Source: the human T2T-CHM13v2.0 reference genome, Homo sapiens
Assembly: GCF_009914755.1 (NCBI RefSeq)
Contig: NC_060934.1
Direction: 5' to 3' (one strand)
DNA: 64,000 nt
The translations under genes were made by a program, and so were the position numbers. The notes under the pieces are model-generated. The model was not told the DNA's origin. It did not search any database and saw only the letters and a list, made by a program, of their open reading frames with translations. This document shows positions 13,657-28,020 of the stretch, in pieces (the first letter of the stretch is position 1; each line of letters starts with the position of its first letter).

Positions 13657-14169
13657 GCATGCGTGTTGCACGTGTGTTGTTTTGCGTGTGCAGGAGCATC
13701 TGCACGAGAGCGAACACAGGATGTGGAGAAGTGAAGGCTCCTGATAACGAGTGCGTCGTTAAACCCAACACCAGCGAAAGCCACTGAAGCTCATCCTGCA
13801 GGGAAGCTCTCAGAAATGATATGAAATGTGGCTCACAGCTATGGTGGCCCAGAGCCCAGGAAACTTTAAACCCCAAGCTCATCTGTCACTGGATGAGTGG
13901 ACTGTGTGGGTGTCCAGCAAGAGAGGGCCCAGCACCCCGAGGGTAGCCCCTGGGGACGATGTTGCCGGCCTCGGGGGCAGCCGGCTTTCCTGGCAGTGGC
14001 CAGTGGTCCTGAGTCCCGGCAGAAAAGCAGCAGCCACGATGCGAACCCTCCCTCTCCTCACACCTGGTTATTCCCTTGTCAATCTGCCTTCTCCTCCAAG
14101 TGGTGGTTAGTCCCAATTCTTACAAGAAATTAAAAAAGAGGAAAAGACAGTTTTATAGAAGTTGTAGTG

Positions 14170-16340
14170 AGACCTGCTCATGCTGCCATTGGCCCCAAGG
14201 TGATCATTTATGTGAACCTTCTCTTTCTTCCACCCATTCCAGACACCCCTTCACCCTTGGTCAGCATGTTGGCTCGTGGCAGTTACAAGCCCAGCAGGAA
14301 AAGCCCAGTCCCTCATGCCTGAAGGGTTGGCATCCCGGTCGGGGCCTTTGTCAGGCTGATGGCTGCTGCAGCTTCTCATTCACAGTGTTTACTCGACTTG
14401 GATGCCACAAAAGCCCCTCCAGGAACCTGTTAGTCTCCAGACATACCCTCCCACCCACACAGCGAGAGGCAATCCTACCTTCTCATGGTAATCAGGGTCC
14501 ATTGTCTTTGCTAGCAGAATGATCTCTTTTTTGCCTACTCTTTGGGGACCATAGAAAGTCCCATAGGTGAAGTCCTATAGCCATAAATGTAGCCTTCATG
14601 TAACAGTCATGAGACCCCTGCTCAAAAAATTCCCTTCTCTTTGGAATCAGGACCTTCAGGTGAGCAGAGCCCAAGCTCCAAAAATGGGAGTCCAAGATTT
14701 CCAAGTGGGTTGTTCAGGGTCATGATGAGGGGGCCTCCTTCTACCACTTGTTACCCAACGAGCGGCTTTCCTCCAGTCAGTAGATGTGCGCAGACCCTTG
14801 AGGGATGCCGCAGCCCTTCCAGCTGTTACACTGAGCTGGAGACTTTGCACCTCTCTGGGAGTCTACACGGATGTCTGCTAGCCCAGGACTTTCCAACATT
14901 GCAGCATGTGGCAATGCTAACGGGCTGTCTGATTGTTACAACCTCTGCACTATGAACTGGTATCAAAGGCAGAGTGATGCACCCCAAAAAATGTCTTGGG
15001 CAAGTTAGTCCCCACCGTGAATCTCAGTTTATTCATTTATAAAATGTCCCTAGAACCTGGAGTACCTTGTTATAAGCAAGGAGGGATTGTAGTTGTCAAT
15101 GCATTTAAAATAGGGAGATTAACCTGGATTTTCCAGGTGGGCAACCATGTAATCCCCAGGGTTAGCGTGAGGGAAGAGGACGGCAGGAGAGTCAGCACCA
15201 GAGTGACGCAGCACGGGAAAGGCTGGACAGGCTGGCGCTGGCACTGGCTTTGAAGATAGAGGAAGGGGCCATGAGCCAAGGAACATAGGTGGCCTCCAGA
15301 AGGTGGGAAAGACAAGGAAACAGATTTTCCCATAGAGCTTCCAGAAGAAACAAGCCCTACCAGCACTTTAGTTTTAGCCAGGTGAGAGCCCTTTCAGACG
15401 TCCGATCTGCAAAACGATGAGATAATAATGCAAGAAAAAAAAAGTGCTGTTTTAAGCCACCAAGTTTGCAGTAATTTGTTACAGCAGCAATGGGAAATTA
15501 ATGCAGCGGGTTCTTTATCCGAAGTATGAGATGCAGAATCGCATGACAACAATGCAATCTGTGAGGCTGTGCTGAAGGTGCTGGCCAGCTCCCTGCAGGC
15601 TGAAAGTACAGAGCAGTGCCCAGGGTGTCTATCAGCCCCAGGAAGGGCAAAGCCCACACAGCCCCATGATGGAAAGTGCTTGGTGTCCTCAACATGCTAC
15701 CACAACATGGAGGACCCCTCAAAGGCACTCAGCAGGGGCCATCCCTGAATCCGCTGGAGGAGCGGAAGTCATGCCTGGGGAGCCATGCACAGTGGACATC
15801 TAAGCAGCCATGGCCGTTCCATTCTTGAGCCCACCATGTTCTAGAGACAAGTTGGATAAACTCTCCCTGGATGAGTCATTTCTTCCCTCTGCAGGGCACA
15901 CATTGTCTGGGAGACATCAATGTGAGGCTCAAAGACCTTTGGATTTGAGGCACCCTTAACTCCAAGCACGTGGTTGCCCGAGAGGTCCCTGCTCAGATCT
16001 GCCAGTCTTGCTCCTCAGATTCTTATTCACAGCCAAGCCATCACCTCTCTCTATAAAGACCCATCTTTACCTCCAGCCATGATTCCCTCCAAAGAAGTTG
16101 AGCACAAATTGATGGTTTAAAACAATGTCCCACCCCCTTAAATTTTACCTCATCCTTGCCCATCAGAACCACCCCAAATGGGCTATGGGACAGCTGGAGC
16201 CCATTTTTAGGTTCTCCAGTAATGTAACAAATTCACCATGAAAAGGTCCAAATGTTTCCTCTCCATTCACTGGTCCTAGGAACACAGATGCAGGCTGATG
16301 GAGAAGTGTCCATCCCACCAGGGGAGGTGGAATGGGCTGG
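14170..16340 (-). mobile_element. Highly decayed ERVL-class (HERV16/ERVL-like) internal pol remnant, interrupted by MLT1D
   Basis: The reverse complement of ~15700-15840 (TGGGCTCAAGAATGGAACGGCCATGG...GCATGACTTCC...CTGCTGAGTGCC) resembles the ERVL integrase N-terminal region. The reverse complement of ~14480-14760 (GGGCTCTGCT...AGGTCCTGATTCC...GACCCTGATTACCATGAG) resembles the ERVL post-integrase/dUTPase-like region. Confidence 0.55.
14960..15504 (+). mobile_element. MLT1D-like MaLR solo LTR
   Basis: GGAGATTAACCTGGATT...GGCTTTGAAGATAGAGGAAGGGGCCATGAGCCAAGGAA...GTTTTAAGCCACCAAGTTTGCAGTAATTTGTTACAGCAGCAATGGGAAATTAATGCA. Confidence 0.88.
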
Positions 16341-16354
16341 GGCTGTCTGGTCAT

Positions 16355-16740
16355 CAGGCCGTCTTGTGCCCTCCAGACCTAATCAGACTTGAAGCTCTAA
16401 CCCTCATGTGATGGGCTGTGGAGCTGGGCCTTCAAGAGTTTGGATGAGGTCATGTGAGCAAGGGCCAGAGATGGGACCGAAGGTCTTAAAAGAAGAGGAT
16501 GACAAGAGATCTCAGTCTCCCAGGCACATGCCCCCAGGAAAGGCCATATGAGGACATAGTGAGGAAGGACACGGCAGGAGGGCAGCCATCTGCAGGCAGG
16601 AAGAGCCCTCTCCAGGAGTCAAATATGCTGATGCCTTGATTTCAGACTCCCTGCCTCTAAACCTCTGAGAAATAAATGTCTGTCATTTAATCCACCCAGT
16701 CTGCAGCATTCTGTTGTGGCAGCCCGAGTGGACTAAGACA
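16355..16740 (+). mobile_element. MLT1A-like MaLR solo LTR
   Basis: GGATGAGGTCATG...GGAAAGGCCATATGAGGACATAGTGAG...TGAGAAATAAATGTCTG...CCACCCAGTCTG...GCAGCCCGAGTGGACTAAGACA. Confidence 0.85.
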
Positions 16741-16882
16741 GGGGGCATCTTAGTAATTTTATTAATGCACCAATCATGGATGACCACACCCTACCAGCCA
16801 CTGAGGTGCCATCAGACATGCAGATGCCCCAACCCTAGAGTCCCATCCAGGACTGGCTCCTAGGACCACGTCAGTCCCTATT

Positions 16883-17310
16883 GTCTAAGTGAGGTTCTCC
16901 CGAGAGGCAAGTCCTGAGGGGAAGGGGGACTGTGCAAAGTGTATTGGGAGGTGCAGGGAAAAAGGAAGTGACTAGGGCAGGGAAGGCAGCCACTTAGGGC
17001 TGCACAATTAAGGCCATGGGCAGCTGATGCTTAATCTTACAGTGAAACTGGGAAACCAAGAAAAATACATAGCTCAGAATTCTGGCAAAAGTTCCAGGAA
17101 GGAGGTGACTCACTGAACAGATGTGCATACCTGTTATAGGCAAGGGCTTATTGATTCCCTGACACCTGGTTCTGTCATGCAAATGGACAAATGGGGTTCC
17201 AGCAACCCCAGCATAGCGTTTCACCAAAGATGCAGGTGTTGGGCATTAGAGTGAGGCTGGAATACCCAGAACTGTTCAGTGGAGCCCTGGGAGTGTGTGA
17301 GAAGCACGAA
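16883..17310 (-). mobile_element. ERVL-class LTR (LTR16/LTR33-like), probable 5' LTR of the 14170-16340 remnant
   Basis: TGTCTAAGTGAGGTTCTCCCGAGAGGCAAGTCCTGAG...GTGCAAAGTGTATTGGGAGGTG...AGGGAAGGCAGCCA. It is preceded by CTCCTAGGACCAC, resembling the antisense ERVL leader. Confidence 0.55.
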
Positions 17311-17554
17311 CCACTTCCCTACAATAGCAAATGTGTTTGTTAGTTGGATGAATGTTCTATTAGTGTTTGGTGATGGCTTTACCTCTCTTCACTAGATTCC
17401 TGAGTTTCTGTGATTTAGAAAGACTGGTAGAATGTAAAACTGATAGACACCTATCAGCAGCTCTGATTCTCAGAACCTTCAACAGCTGGAGATGCAGGGT
17501 AAAAACGTATGACATGCTTTTAAAACATACAGAGAAGATTTCAAAAAGCTATTT

Positions 17555-17949
<395 letters not shown>

Positions 17950-19264
17950 TTACCCCAAAAACACTGGTGCTATCACAAGAAAGTAAAAAGTCAATTGCTG
18001 AGTGACTGATACAAAGGGTGGGTGCTCCAGGAATTCAGGATCTGATGAGGTCTGCCCTATCTGTAGTAACATTTGCTTAATATCATGATCGATCAGCCAG
18101 AGGTTTGCTCCTAATCAGAGGTGTATTGTACCCAGTATGTGGCCATATGACGTGATATTGTGCAGGGGAAAAAATGTTCAATCACGAATTAGGCATTTTT
18201 AACTCTCATATCAGGCTCACTCACCCTGATAATAGGCTCACAGAAGTGAAGACATTACTTACATTACCAGTTCCTATGTGAATTGGGGATTTGTATATGA
18301 GGCTTTTTTGTTCAACCCGGCAAGTGGACTAAGTAAGAAAGAGAAAAAAAGCAGAGTCATTTTCTACGTTAATCAATTTTTTACCAGAATTTTGTCAAGA
18401 TTAATTCTGGAGCTTCTCAGCAGCGATGGGAGAGGCTGTCACTATAGAGACGCAGGCTGTTAGCTTGTTCAGACAACACTGATCTCTTTGATCATTATGT
18501 TGTCATTAGCTTCAGAGGGTGTATTTTCGCAGCCTCAAATATATACTTATTTATCCCACTGCCATTTACATTTCAGAAGATCCACTACACTAAGCATCCT
18601 CCATCTTCCCCACAAATTAGCCTGTGTGGGTTTCTGGCCTTCTTCCCTCTGCCCCCCACTGCCCTCACCACCCCCGCCCTAGATGAGCTTTCTTCTCTGT
18701 CTTCCCATCCACAGCAACTCTACACCCAGAAAAGCACAAACTGACCCAGATCAGAGGCGAGCATGGATTGTACCTCATTTCTAAGTCATGTTTGATCTGT
18801 GATCCTTTCTTGCCATTTTTCTCACTATTTTTTCCAGTTTTCATCATCATCACAAGTTTATTGGCTGCTAGATATTTGGGATACAAAAACACAAAGAGAA
18901 GCATACACAAGATATTGAGGACAAAGACTATTTATAAGAATGATAACACAAGACGAAATGTCCTAAGTGCTGCATGATCAGTAAAAAGCAAAAATCCTAA
19001 GGGGGCTTTGAAGAAGGAGACAGTGCTGTGGTTCCTCCAGGCAGATTTCAGAGAGGAGCTGGGCTCCAAGGTGGCATAGGCTGCAGCCAGGCTCAAAGGC
19101 AGGAAGAATGTTGAAGTCACACAAGAAGCCTGCATGCATATTACCCCGGAGCCATTTTATCTGGGGCTTGGGAGAGGGTGAAGGGACAGGCTGTATCAAA
19201 TTACCTTGGAAATTATTTTTAAATAGTGCTTCCTGGGTCCACATTCCCAGATGAACTTTAGGAA

Positions 19265-19960
19265 GTCACAGGGATCACACTCCACATATTAACATGTCAC
19301 ATGGAGGCACACTATAAACATGTCACATGGATCACACTCCACTAACATGTCACATGGATCACACTGCACATACTCGTATGTCACATGAAGACACACCACA
19401 AACATGTCACATGGATCACACTCCACAAACATGTCACATGGATCACACTCCACATACTCATGTGTCACATGAAGACACACCACAAACATGTCACATGGAT
19501 CACACTGCACATACTAGTGTGTCACATGAAGGCACACCACAAACATGTCACATGGATCACACTCCACATACTAGTGTGTCACATGAAGACACACCACAAA
19601 CATGTCACATGGATCACACTCCACATACTAATGTGTCACATGGAGGCACACCACAAATATGTCACATGGATCAACCTCCACTAATGTGTCACATGGATCA
19701 CGCTCCACATAATAATATGTCACATGGAGACACTCCACAAACATGTCACATGGATCACACTCCACAAACATGTCCCATGGGTCACACTCCCCACATTAAT
19801 CTGTTACATGGATCACACTTCACTTACTAACATGTCACATGGGAAATACTCCACACACTAGCATGACACATGGGTCACACTCCACATATTAAGATGTCCC
19901 GGGTCACAGTCCACACACTAACATGTCACTTGGGTCACACTCCACATACTAACATGTCGC
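19265..19960 (+). repeat. Minisatellite of 26-31 bp units (core ATGTCACATGGATCACACTCCACA) with a central 57-bp higher-order repeat
   Basis: About 18 GTCACATG cores. The dimer period of 57 nt is seen at 19464, 19521, 19578 and 19635. Edges are degenerate. Confidence 0.97.
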
Positions 19961-20039
19961 ATCTTTCATCACTGAACAGTTGTGATTTGAGTGGGCCACA
20001 GAAGCATCTCCTTTGAAATACATGTTCTCTTTTCTTCAT

Positions 20040-20922
<883 letters not shown>

Positions 20923-21358
20923 AATCTTAGGTTTTAAAGCATCATCTTAACCATGCCTCTCTCTGCTCAGGTCCCATGAATTCACTGCTCTTCTCTGCAT
21001 TGAAAATGATCCTGGTTGTGTACCATGCTCAAGACAGTAAAAAAAAAAAAAATGCCATGGAATCATTTTCCGTGTTCTGCAGTTCAGACGAAGAACACTG
21101 GGCCAGGCGTTTTGCCCCGTAGAAGGGCACAGGTAGAAACAAGCAAATGAAGAGATAGAGGGGCCAAGAGAATCGTGGTAACAACTGACAATGGACTGGA
21201 AGCTTAAGAGGGGAAGGCTGCACATAGAGCAGGGAAGAGCACCAAGAAATGGAAAACAAAAGTGCCATGCATTCCACGGGCTGGAGGCACTGTAGGAAAG
21301 AAGGATGCCTGGCCCATGGCCCTCAAGCTGGAGAGGCAGGAGCTGCTGTCAAAGGGGT

Positions 21359-21520
21359 CCATGCATGGCGATGAAAGAGTTGGGATCCAGGACAAGACAG
21401 CTGGAGGAGCTCCATGCATGGTGATGGAAGAGGTGGGATCCAGAACAAGATAGCTGGAGGAGCTCCATGCATGCTGATGGAAGAGGTGGGAACCAGGACA
21501 AGACAGCTAGAGGAGCTCCA
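21359..21520 (+). repeat. Tandem repeat, 3 x 53 bp
   Basis: CCATGCATG...CAGCTGGAGGAGCT units start at 21359, 21412 and 21465. Confidence 0.95.
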
Positions 21521-23064
21521 GGAATGGAGGCACCATGTTTTGAAGATCTCCTTCATGTGCACAGAAACTAAGAGAATTAAAACAGCAGGGGTCTTGGACA
21601 GAGTTACACTGAATACCAAGATCGTTGGGAAACGAGGAGATTATAAAATGCTGAAGAGGCAATAGAACCTGATGCTATGATCATCAAAGCTGGAAGATGT
21701 AGGAAGGAGAGAGGAAGAAAGGTCTTCCAGTGTCACCTGGGGAAAAAGGAGGCAGTGGCCCTTCTTCCACCCATGGGAGAAAAATGACAATCACTTTGGA
21801 AAACTCTGGAAAAAAGGTGTCTTCAATAAAGAGCCAGGTGTCCACTAGAGCACAATGAAGGCACCTCTAGACAATGTCAATGACTAACTAGCTGCTAAAG
21901 GATTTTGTCCCTGTCTTGGTGTTTGACCTATTCCTTTTTTTCCAGACAATGTGAATTGATTTTCTCCATAACAGATTTCCCTGAAGCAAAAACTACAATC
22001 CAACCGTCACTGTCGCTTAAACAAGCTGTGATTTATTAGTTTTAATCAAAAGGATGCCAGTAACAAAAAAAAACACCACATGAATCAGCCACAGAAAAAC
22101 CCCAGGACATCCAGCCCTTCCTGAAAACTCCCATATGATCGGCCCTACTTAGGAATTCGGGAATCAAGCCCCCAGAAGATTATGGGGAAGGACAGGAGAG
22201 CTGGCCATGCTGGCGACATGGCACAGTGCACAGATTCTGGGCTCGAGTCAGTTCTATAATTTCTGTGTAAATGAACAGTGTTATTTGAAGTGGTCCCAGA
22301 GCCCTTTTCTGGGTCATCACCCTAGTTTCAAGCACCTTGGTCCAAAGGAAAACAGGAGAAAGAACACCCCACATGCATTTGAACACTTACATGAGTTTTC
22401 ACCAACCTTCTCTCCTGTGCTCAGAATTGGTTTTCACATCCTCTCTGCAGAGAGGGGCAATTTTTAGAAAAATCTAAAGTAACATTTCAGAATTACTATC
22501 TTGCTACCTTAGCTTTTAACACGAATTAGTGAATTTCTTCTTTTTCTGCACCATGTACAAATGCTTAAGTATTAATAGCACTTTCAAAAAGTTTCATTTG
22601 CTTAGCACAATTGACTTCCTCTCTTCCTATCTTTTTATTTAGCTTTCATCTTCCACTGCCCTTTCCCCGTCCTTCTCTATCTTCTGCTCCTCTCTCCAAC
22701 ATTTAGACCCAAACACCATGAGTCAAGGCCAAGTAAGGCGTTGGGTGGCAGCCAAGGTGAGGAGCGCCAGAACCCTGAGCCAGGACAGAAGCGGGGAAGA
22801 GGACACAAGGGGGAGTCCATGTGGCTGTGGGACTCAGGCAGGTAAAAAGGGCATTTGCATGCCCTGTGCAGGCCATCAGGTCCCAAGCAGGGTGGAAAGG
22901 CAACTGCAGGACGTGTGTCTCAGAATAAGGGTACCTGGCAGGGTATCAGAGCCAGAGGAGGCTGAAGAGAGTGGCCTGGAGTAAGGGCGACCAGGGAAGG
23001 GCTTTGGAGCTGAAACAGTTAAGTGGGATGGGACCCAGCTCTGGCCTCAGACAGTCTGTGGGTC

Positions 23065-23711
23065 CTATAGATTGACAGATAATAGATAGATGCATAGATA
23101 ATAGATAGGTGATAGAATAGATAAATGATAGACTAATATATTATAAATAAATAGATCCATAGATACTAGAGGGATAGATAATAACTAGATAGATAATAGA
23201 TTGATGATAGAATAGATAGATGACAGATAGACTGCTGGATTATAAATAATAGGCAATAAATAGATCCATAGATAATAGATGGATAGATGATAGAATAGAT
23301 GATAAATAGACTGATAGAATATAAATAAATTGATAATAGATGGGTAATAGAATAGATAATAGATACAGTGATAGATTATAAATAAATAAACAGGTAAGTA
23401 GGTAGATGACATACGGATTATAGATATAGATGATAGAAAAACAGAGATAGATGATTGATAAATATAATGGATGGTGAATGAATGGAGATAATAGAAAATT
23501 GATAAATAGATGGCTACATAGATGATAGATAAATAGATAACAGATATGTATAGATGATAGGAATGACAGAAAAATAGAAATAGATGACAGATAGAGTAGA
23601 TAATAGATGGATAGATAGAATGGATAGAGGATTGATGGTAGAGATGATAGAATAGATAGAACAGATGATTTGATGGATGGAGAGATAGAATAAATAAGTA
23701 GGTAGATAGAC

Positions 23712-23747
<36 letters not shown>

Positions 23748-23868
23748 GATAGATAGACACATATATTTTCTATATGTATACACTTACGTACAGATATATA
23801 GATTTATTGATAGGTAGCTACCTACAAAGCTCATAGAGGATAGATTAGATAGATGATGATAGATAGAT

Positions 23869-23919
<51 letters not shown>

Positions 23920-24050
23920 GAGAGAGAGAGGGAGAGAGACAGACGGATGTAGAGTATCTGTAGATGATAGACTGATAGATGATAGATGGATAGAAGACAG
24001 ATAGATGGGTGACAGAACAGGTAAAATATAGATGAGTAGACAGATAGATA
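23065..24050 (+). repeat. ~1 kb compound (GATA/TAGA)n microsatellite with pure runs (AGAT)9 at 23712-23747 and (GATA)12 at 23869-23916
   Basis: Direct reading. Confidence 0.97.
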
Positions 24051-24299
24051 GCCATTGTTTGTAGAATACATATGTAAAAAAATTGAGGGTGTTTTTGGGG
24101 CCAAGTTACATTCAAACGGTTCAGGAACTAGGAAGCTTTGTGGATCTTACATGAAACTTCTCAATAAAATTGAGATAATTTCAATTTTAAAAAAAAAGAA
24201 GAAAGGAAGAATTTTACCATGAAATAGTTTACACATATTTAAAAAAAACTTTTGACAATAAAAATAAAAATTATTACCTGGAATTTTACGCTGAATTTC

Positions 24300-26300
24300 C
24301 TTTAACGACTTAATTTTTCTTCATCTTTCATTGTATCTCCTTTCTTAATCTTAATATTGCACGTGGATTTTTTTTTTTTGATTCTTGGCTAACCTTCATG
24401 GATTTTATTTTCAGTCTATGCACATATACCTTTTTGATTGTTTCTCAAAAATCATCTATTAAAGTCCTCTATTCATGGTGGTGTTTTCTGTCTTCTATTT
24501 AACTTAATTTCTGATATTATATTTCCTTTTCCATATCTCCTAGAATTATTTGTTTTGTTTTCCATAGAAAAAAGTTTATTATTATATGTTCTTTGCAGTT
24601 TAATAATAAAAATATTTCTAAATATGAATTTTATTTGGAGTACAACATTTACTGGATAACATGTATTTGAAACATAATATTATACTTAGTTTTTACTTTG
24701 TATAAAATTGCAATTGCTGTTTTCTCATTGAATCAAGAGTTGTAGGGTTTTTTTTCAAAATTTTGCAAATTGGTTCTTTTTTTGTTAATTGCTAGCTTTA
24801 GTATAGCTGAGCAGTGGTTTCTGCATACACTTTATACTTTGAGATATTTAATGCATTTTTTGAGTCTATGTTTTGTTTATGTTCCAAATACATTTGGAAA
24901 GAAACTGTATTCTTAACTACCATGAACAATGTTTTATATCCATCTGATGAATTTAGCCTAGTAACTACATTACTTCAGTTGTCTAGGATCAGATTACGTG
25001 GTTTATTTTCTAGATTTGTCAGTAAAAGAGAGCTTCCATTATCATCATAGCTTAATTTTTTAACAGTTCTTGTTGATACTATGATATTTATTAAGTAAAT
25101 ATTTGTAAGTGTTTTATCTTCAATGGAGATGACGTTTTATTGCTTTGAATTCAGCTTTTTCCAATTATTTAAATCCGTGAATTATTTTATTTACATGTGC
25201 ACAGTATATATTTACTAGTTTTATAATTTTTATCTCTTCCTTGCCTTGTTTTCTTAGATTTCTTTGTAAATAATATATTGTGCTTCTCAGTCAATATGAG
25301 AGAATTGCCTTTTAATATCATGAAAATGGATATTCTCGGTATATCTCGACAGTCATCGTAACTATGATTCAGTTCGTTTCATCGTTTCACACTTTCTCAC
25401 TATTAATTCTTGTACTTTCTGATGTTCTGATGCATTTCTCAAGTCTCCTCATACTTTTTTTTGTTTTTCTCAAATTATTTACAATTAATGCAGTTTCTTT
25501 CTATTCTAAAATCATGTAAAGCATGTTGAAAATCCTTTTCTCTACATCAAGAATATTAACTACTCTCATGTTAACTCCCCCATGTACAAAACTTGCCCTT
25601 GGATTTCTCACTTCCCATCAACATGCTTGCAAATGCCTTTGGAATTACTTGAGCTATTGACACGTAGATCATCAATATGTCTCAGCAACATATTTTTCCT
25701 TTTAATAATTATGCTTGCATAAAATCTACTTTTTAAATTACACATATTTTTACATAAATGAAATGTAAATTTTATAATTATTTTGTATTTATATATAGAT
25801 TTATATTTTATTTTTACATTTATTTACATAAATATAATGTAGGTTAAAATAAACATTAATGACATCTGTAGTTACATTTGGAAAACATTAACAACCTTTC
25901 TTTGAGAATAACTTCTGTATTTCATTGGGTAAACACCCAATGCCATTTCTTTTATATGTCAGCCATCCTCTAAATGAGAATTTTGAGAAATTTTCCTCTC
26001 AGGTCATTCATAATGTCCATTTCCTTGTCTGTTACTTTGGAGTCTGTGAATAATTTCTACAATGGCAACTGTCTCATTATGCAGTAAATAATCAACTGTT
26101 TTAGTTCAGGAATCAGGTGTTTTACCTAAAAGTGTTATTTACTAAACTTAGATTGCCTGTTTTGAGGCAATGCAATCCCAAATCTCGATGAGAATACAAA
26201 TTTTAGGGAGTTGCTGGTTTTTTGCTCCCATTTTTTTCAAGATATAAATTAATCTAAAAAAAAAAACTATACCTGAAACTTCCCACTTTATTTTTATGAA
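24300..26300 (-). mobile_element. Very old antisense LINE-1 remnant (L1M/L1ME-like)
   Basis: Strongly T-rich. TATGTTCCAAATACATTTGGAAAGAAACTGTATTCT resembles antisense L1 endonuclease-region text. Boundaries are uncertain. Confidence 0.5.
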
Positions 26301-27573
26301 GATGCGTATCTTTTCACAAATTTAGCGGTTTCTGTCTGCTCATTTGTAGGGAGATGTCTGCATTTATACAGCTGAGAAATTTGCAGCAAATTTGTCAAAG
26401 ATCATGTCAAACTCTAATAGACCAAGAAGACGAGGACATTCATATTGTCTCATTTTTCTTTTACTTAATTAGAGGTCCAACTGTGAGTCTGAGAAATACA
26501 GCTACCAAAAAGCCAGGGGTCCCTGCTGTCCTCTGTGGGACCTCCACATGTGTGCTGATCCCACGGGGCCAGGGTGTGTTCCCATTACTGCCTTCTCACC
26601 TGCCTTCACCCACCCTCCTTCTACTCAGAATCTAACAGTGCCGGTGCTGCCCCGAGCTGCACCGGCCATGAGGAATGCATGAAGACCACACCCTCAAGGG
26701 CACATTTTTTTATTCAGGCGTCTGTCGTTCCACAGACATTAACTGGGTATCTGCTGTGTGCCACGTTCTTATAATTCAAGGCCATGCTCTGCAATGGTAC
26801 AGTTCTCTAGCATTTATGCAGCAGCAGGAAAATTGCTGGGCGGTATACGTCTTCTTTATCAAAGGCTATCGTCCTGATTAGAAATCTACAGCAGCAAGCC
26901 CTCATTTGTCTACATTAATGAATCCTAGGAATAAACTTAGTCACTCTATGTGCAGGCATCTGTCAGCGTTTTCGGAAACCTTCAGTGTATCCCCGACTCC
27001 TTGATCTGGGCCCTGAATCTTGTCTCACTTTTGGCAATGAGATCTTACAAGGATGTGTTTAAAGGCTGAGCTGTAGTTGTCAGGTGGAAAATCACAGATT
27101 TTACCAGGAAGGCTAAGCATGGCAATAAAACCTTCTCTGCTAGGATCTTTTAGACTTTTCTCTTCCATATTAGCTGGCATCCAGTGTTAGCTGGGTTTCT
27201 GTCATTCCCTGGACCCCACAACACGGCTACAACACGTATTTTTGGTTTTGCTGAGCTGGGTTTGGTGGGATCAACCGTGAATGAGGACCAGGCCAGGAGT
27301 GGAGGCCAGCCTCCATGTGTCCAGAGCTGAGCACTCACCTGGTTCCCGCTGCTGTGAGCCTGGAGGGTGGCAGGTCCTGGGATTCTGGGGGATATCCATC
27401 CACCACGCACCTTGGTGGACTCTTGCCAAGCCTCACTGGGGTCACCGGGCTTTGTCATGGCCTGTTCTCACTGTCTCACAGCCTCAGACATGTTAAAGGA
27501 TCTGGCTTTTCCATAAAACCCTGTTTTTCAGTGATTTTAGAATTTCTTTTTCATATTTTGACATTTTAGGGTC

Positions 27574-28020
27574 TTTTTTTAAATTATTACTATACTTTAA
27601 GTTCTGGGGTACATGTGCACAACGTGCAGGTTTGTTACATAGGTATACACGTACCATGTTGGTTTGCTGCACCCATCAACTTGTCATTTACATTAGGTAT
27701 TTCTCCTAATGATATCCCTTCCCCAGGCCCCCAACACCTGAGCGACCCCATGTGTGATATTCCCCTCCCTTTGTCCATGTGTTCTCATTGCTCAACTCCC
27801 ACTTATGAGTGAGAACATGCAGTGTTTAGTTTTCTCTTCTTGTGTTACTTTGCTAAGAATGATGGTTTCCAGTTTCATCCATGTCCCTGCAAAGGACAGG
27901 AACTCATCCTTTTTTATGGCTGCATAGTATTCCATGGTGTCTATGTGCCACATTTTCTTTATCCAGTCTATCATTGATGGACATTTGGGTTGGTTCCGAG
28001 ACTTTGCTATTGTGAACAGT
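27574..28020 (-). mobile_element. 5'-truncated L1PA (PA7/PA8-like) 3' end
   Basis: TATACTTTAAGTTCTGGGGTACATGTGCACAACGTGCAGG...CATTTGGGTTGGTTCC. Probable TSD AGGGTC(T/A)TTTT at 27568 and 28021. Confidence 0.93.

Noticed and set aside
13079-13882. 267/203/173-aa ORFs with 31-aa periodicity
   Set aside because: All three - strand frames are open only because the 31-bp unit lacks stops. This is a VNTR artefact.
19289-19830. Cys/His-rich repeat proteins (CHMDHTP, CDPCD) resembling metal-binding proteins
   Set aside because: Translations of the minisatellite whose 57-bp period is a multiple of 3. No exon or promoter support.
23185-24115. Hydrophobic IYLS-repeat ORFs
   Set aside because: Translation of (TATC)n.
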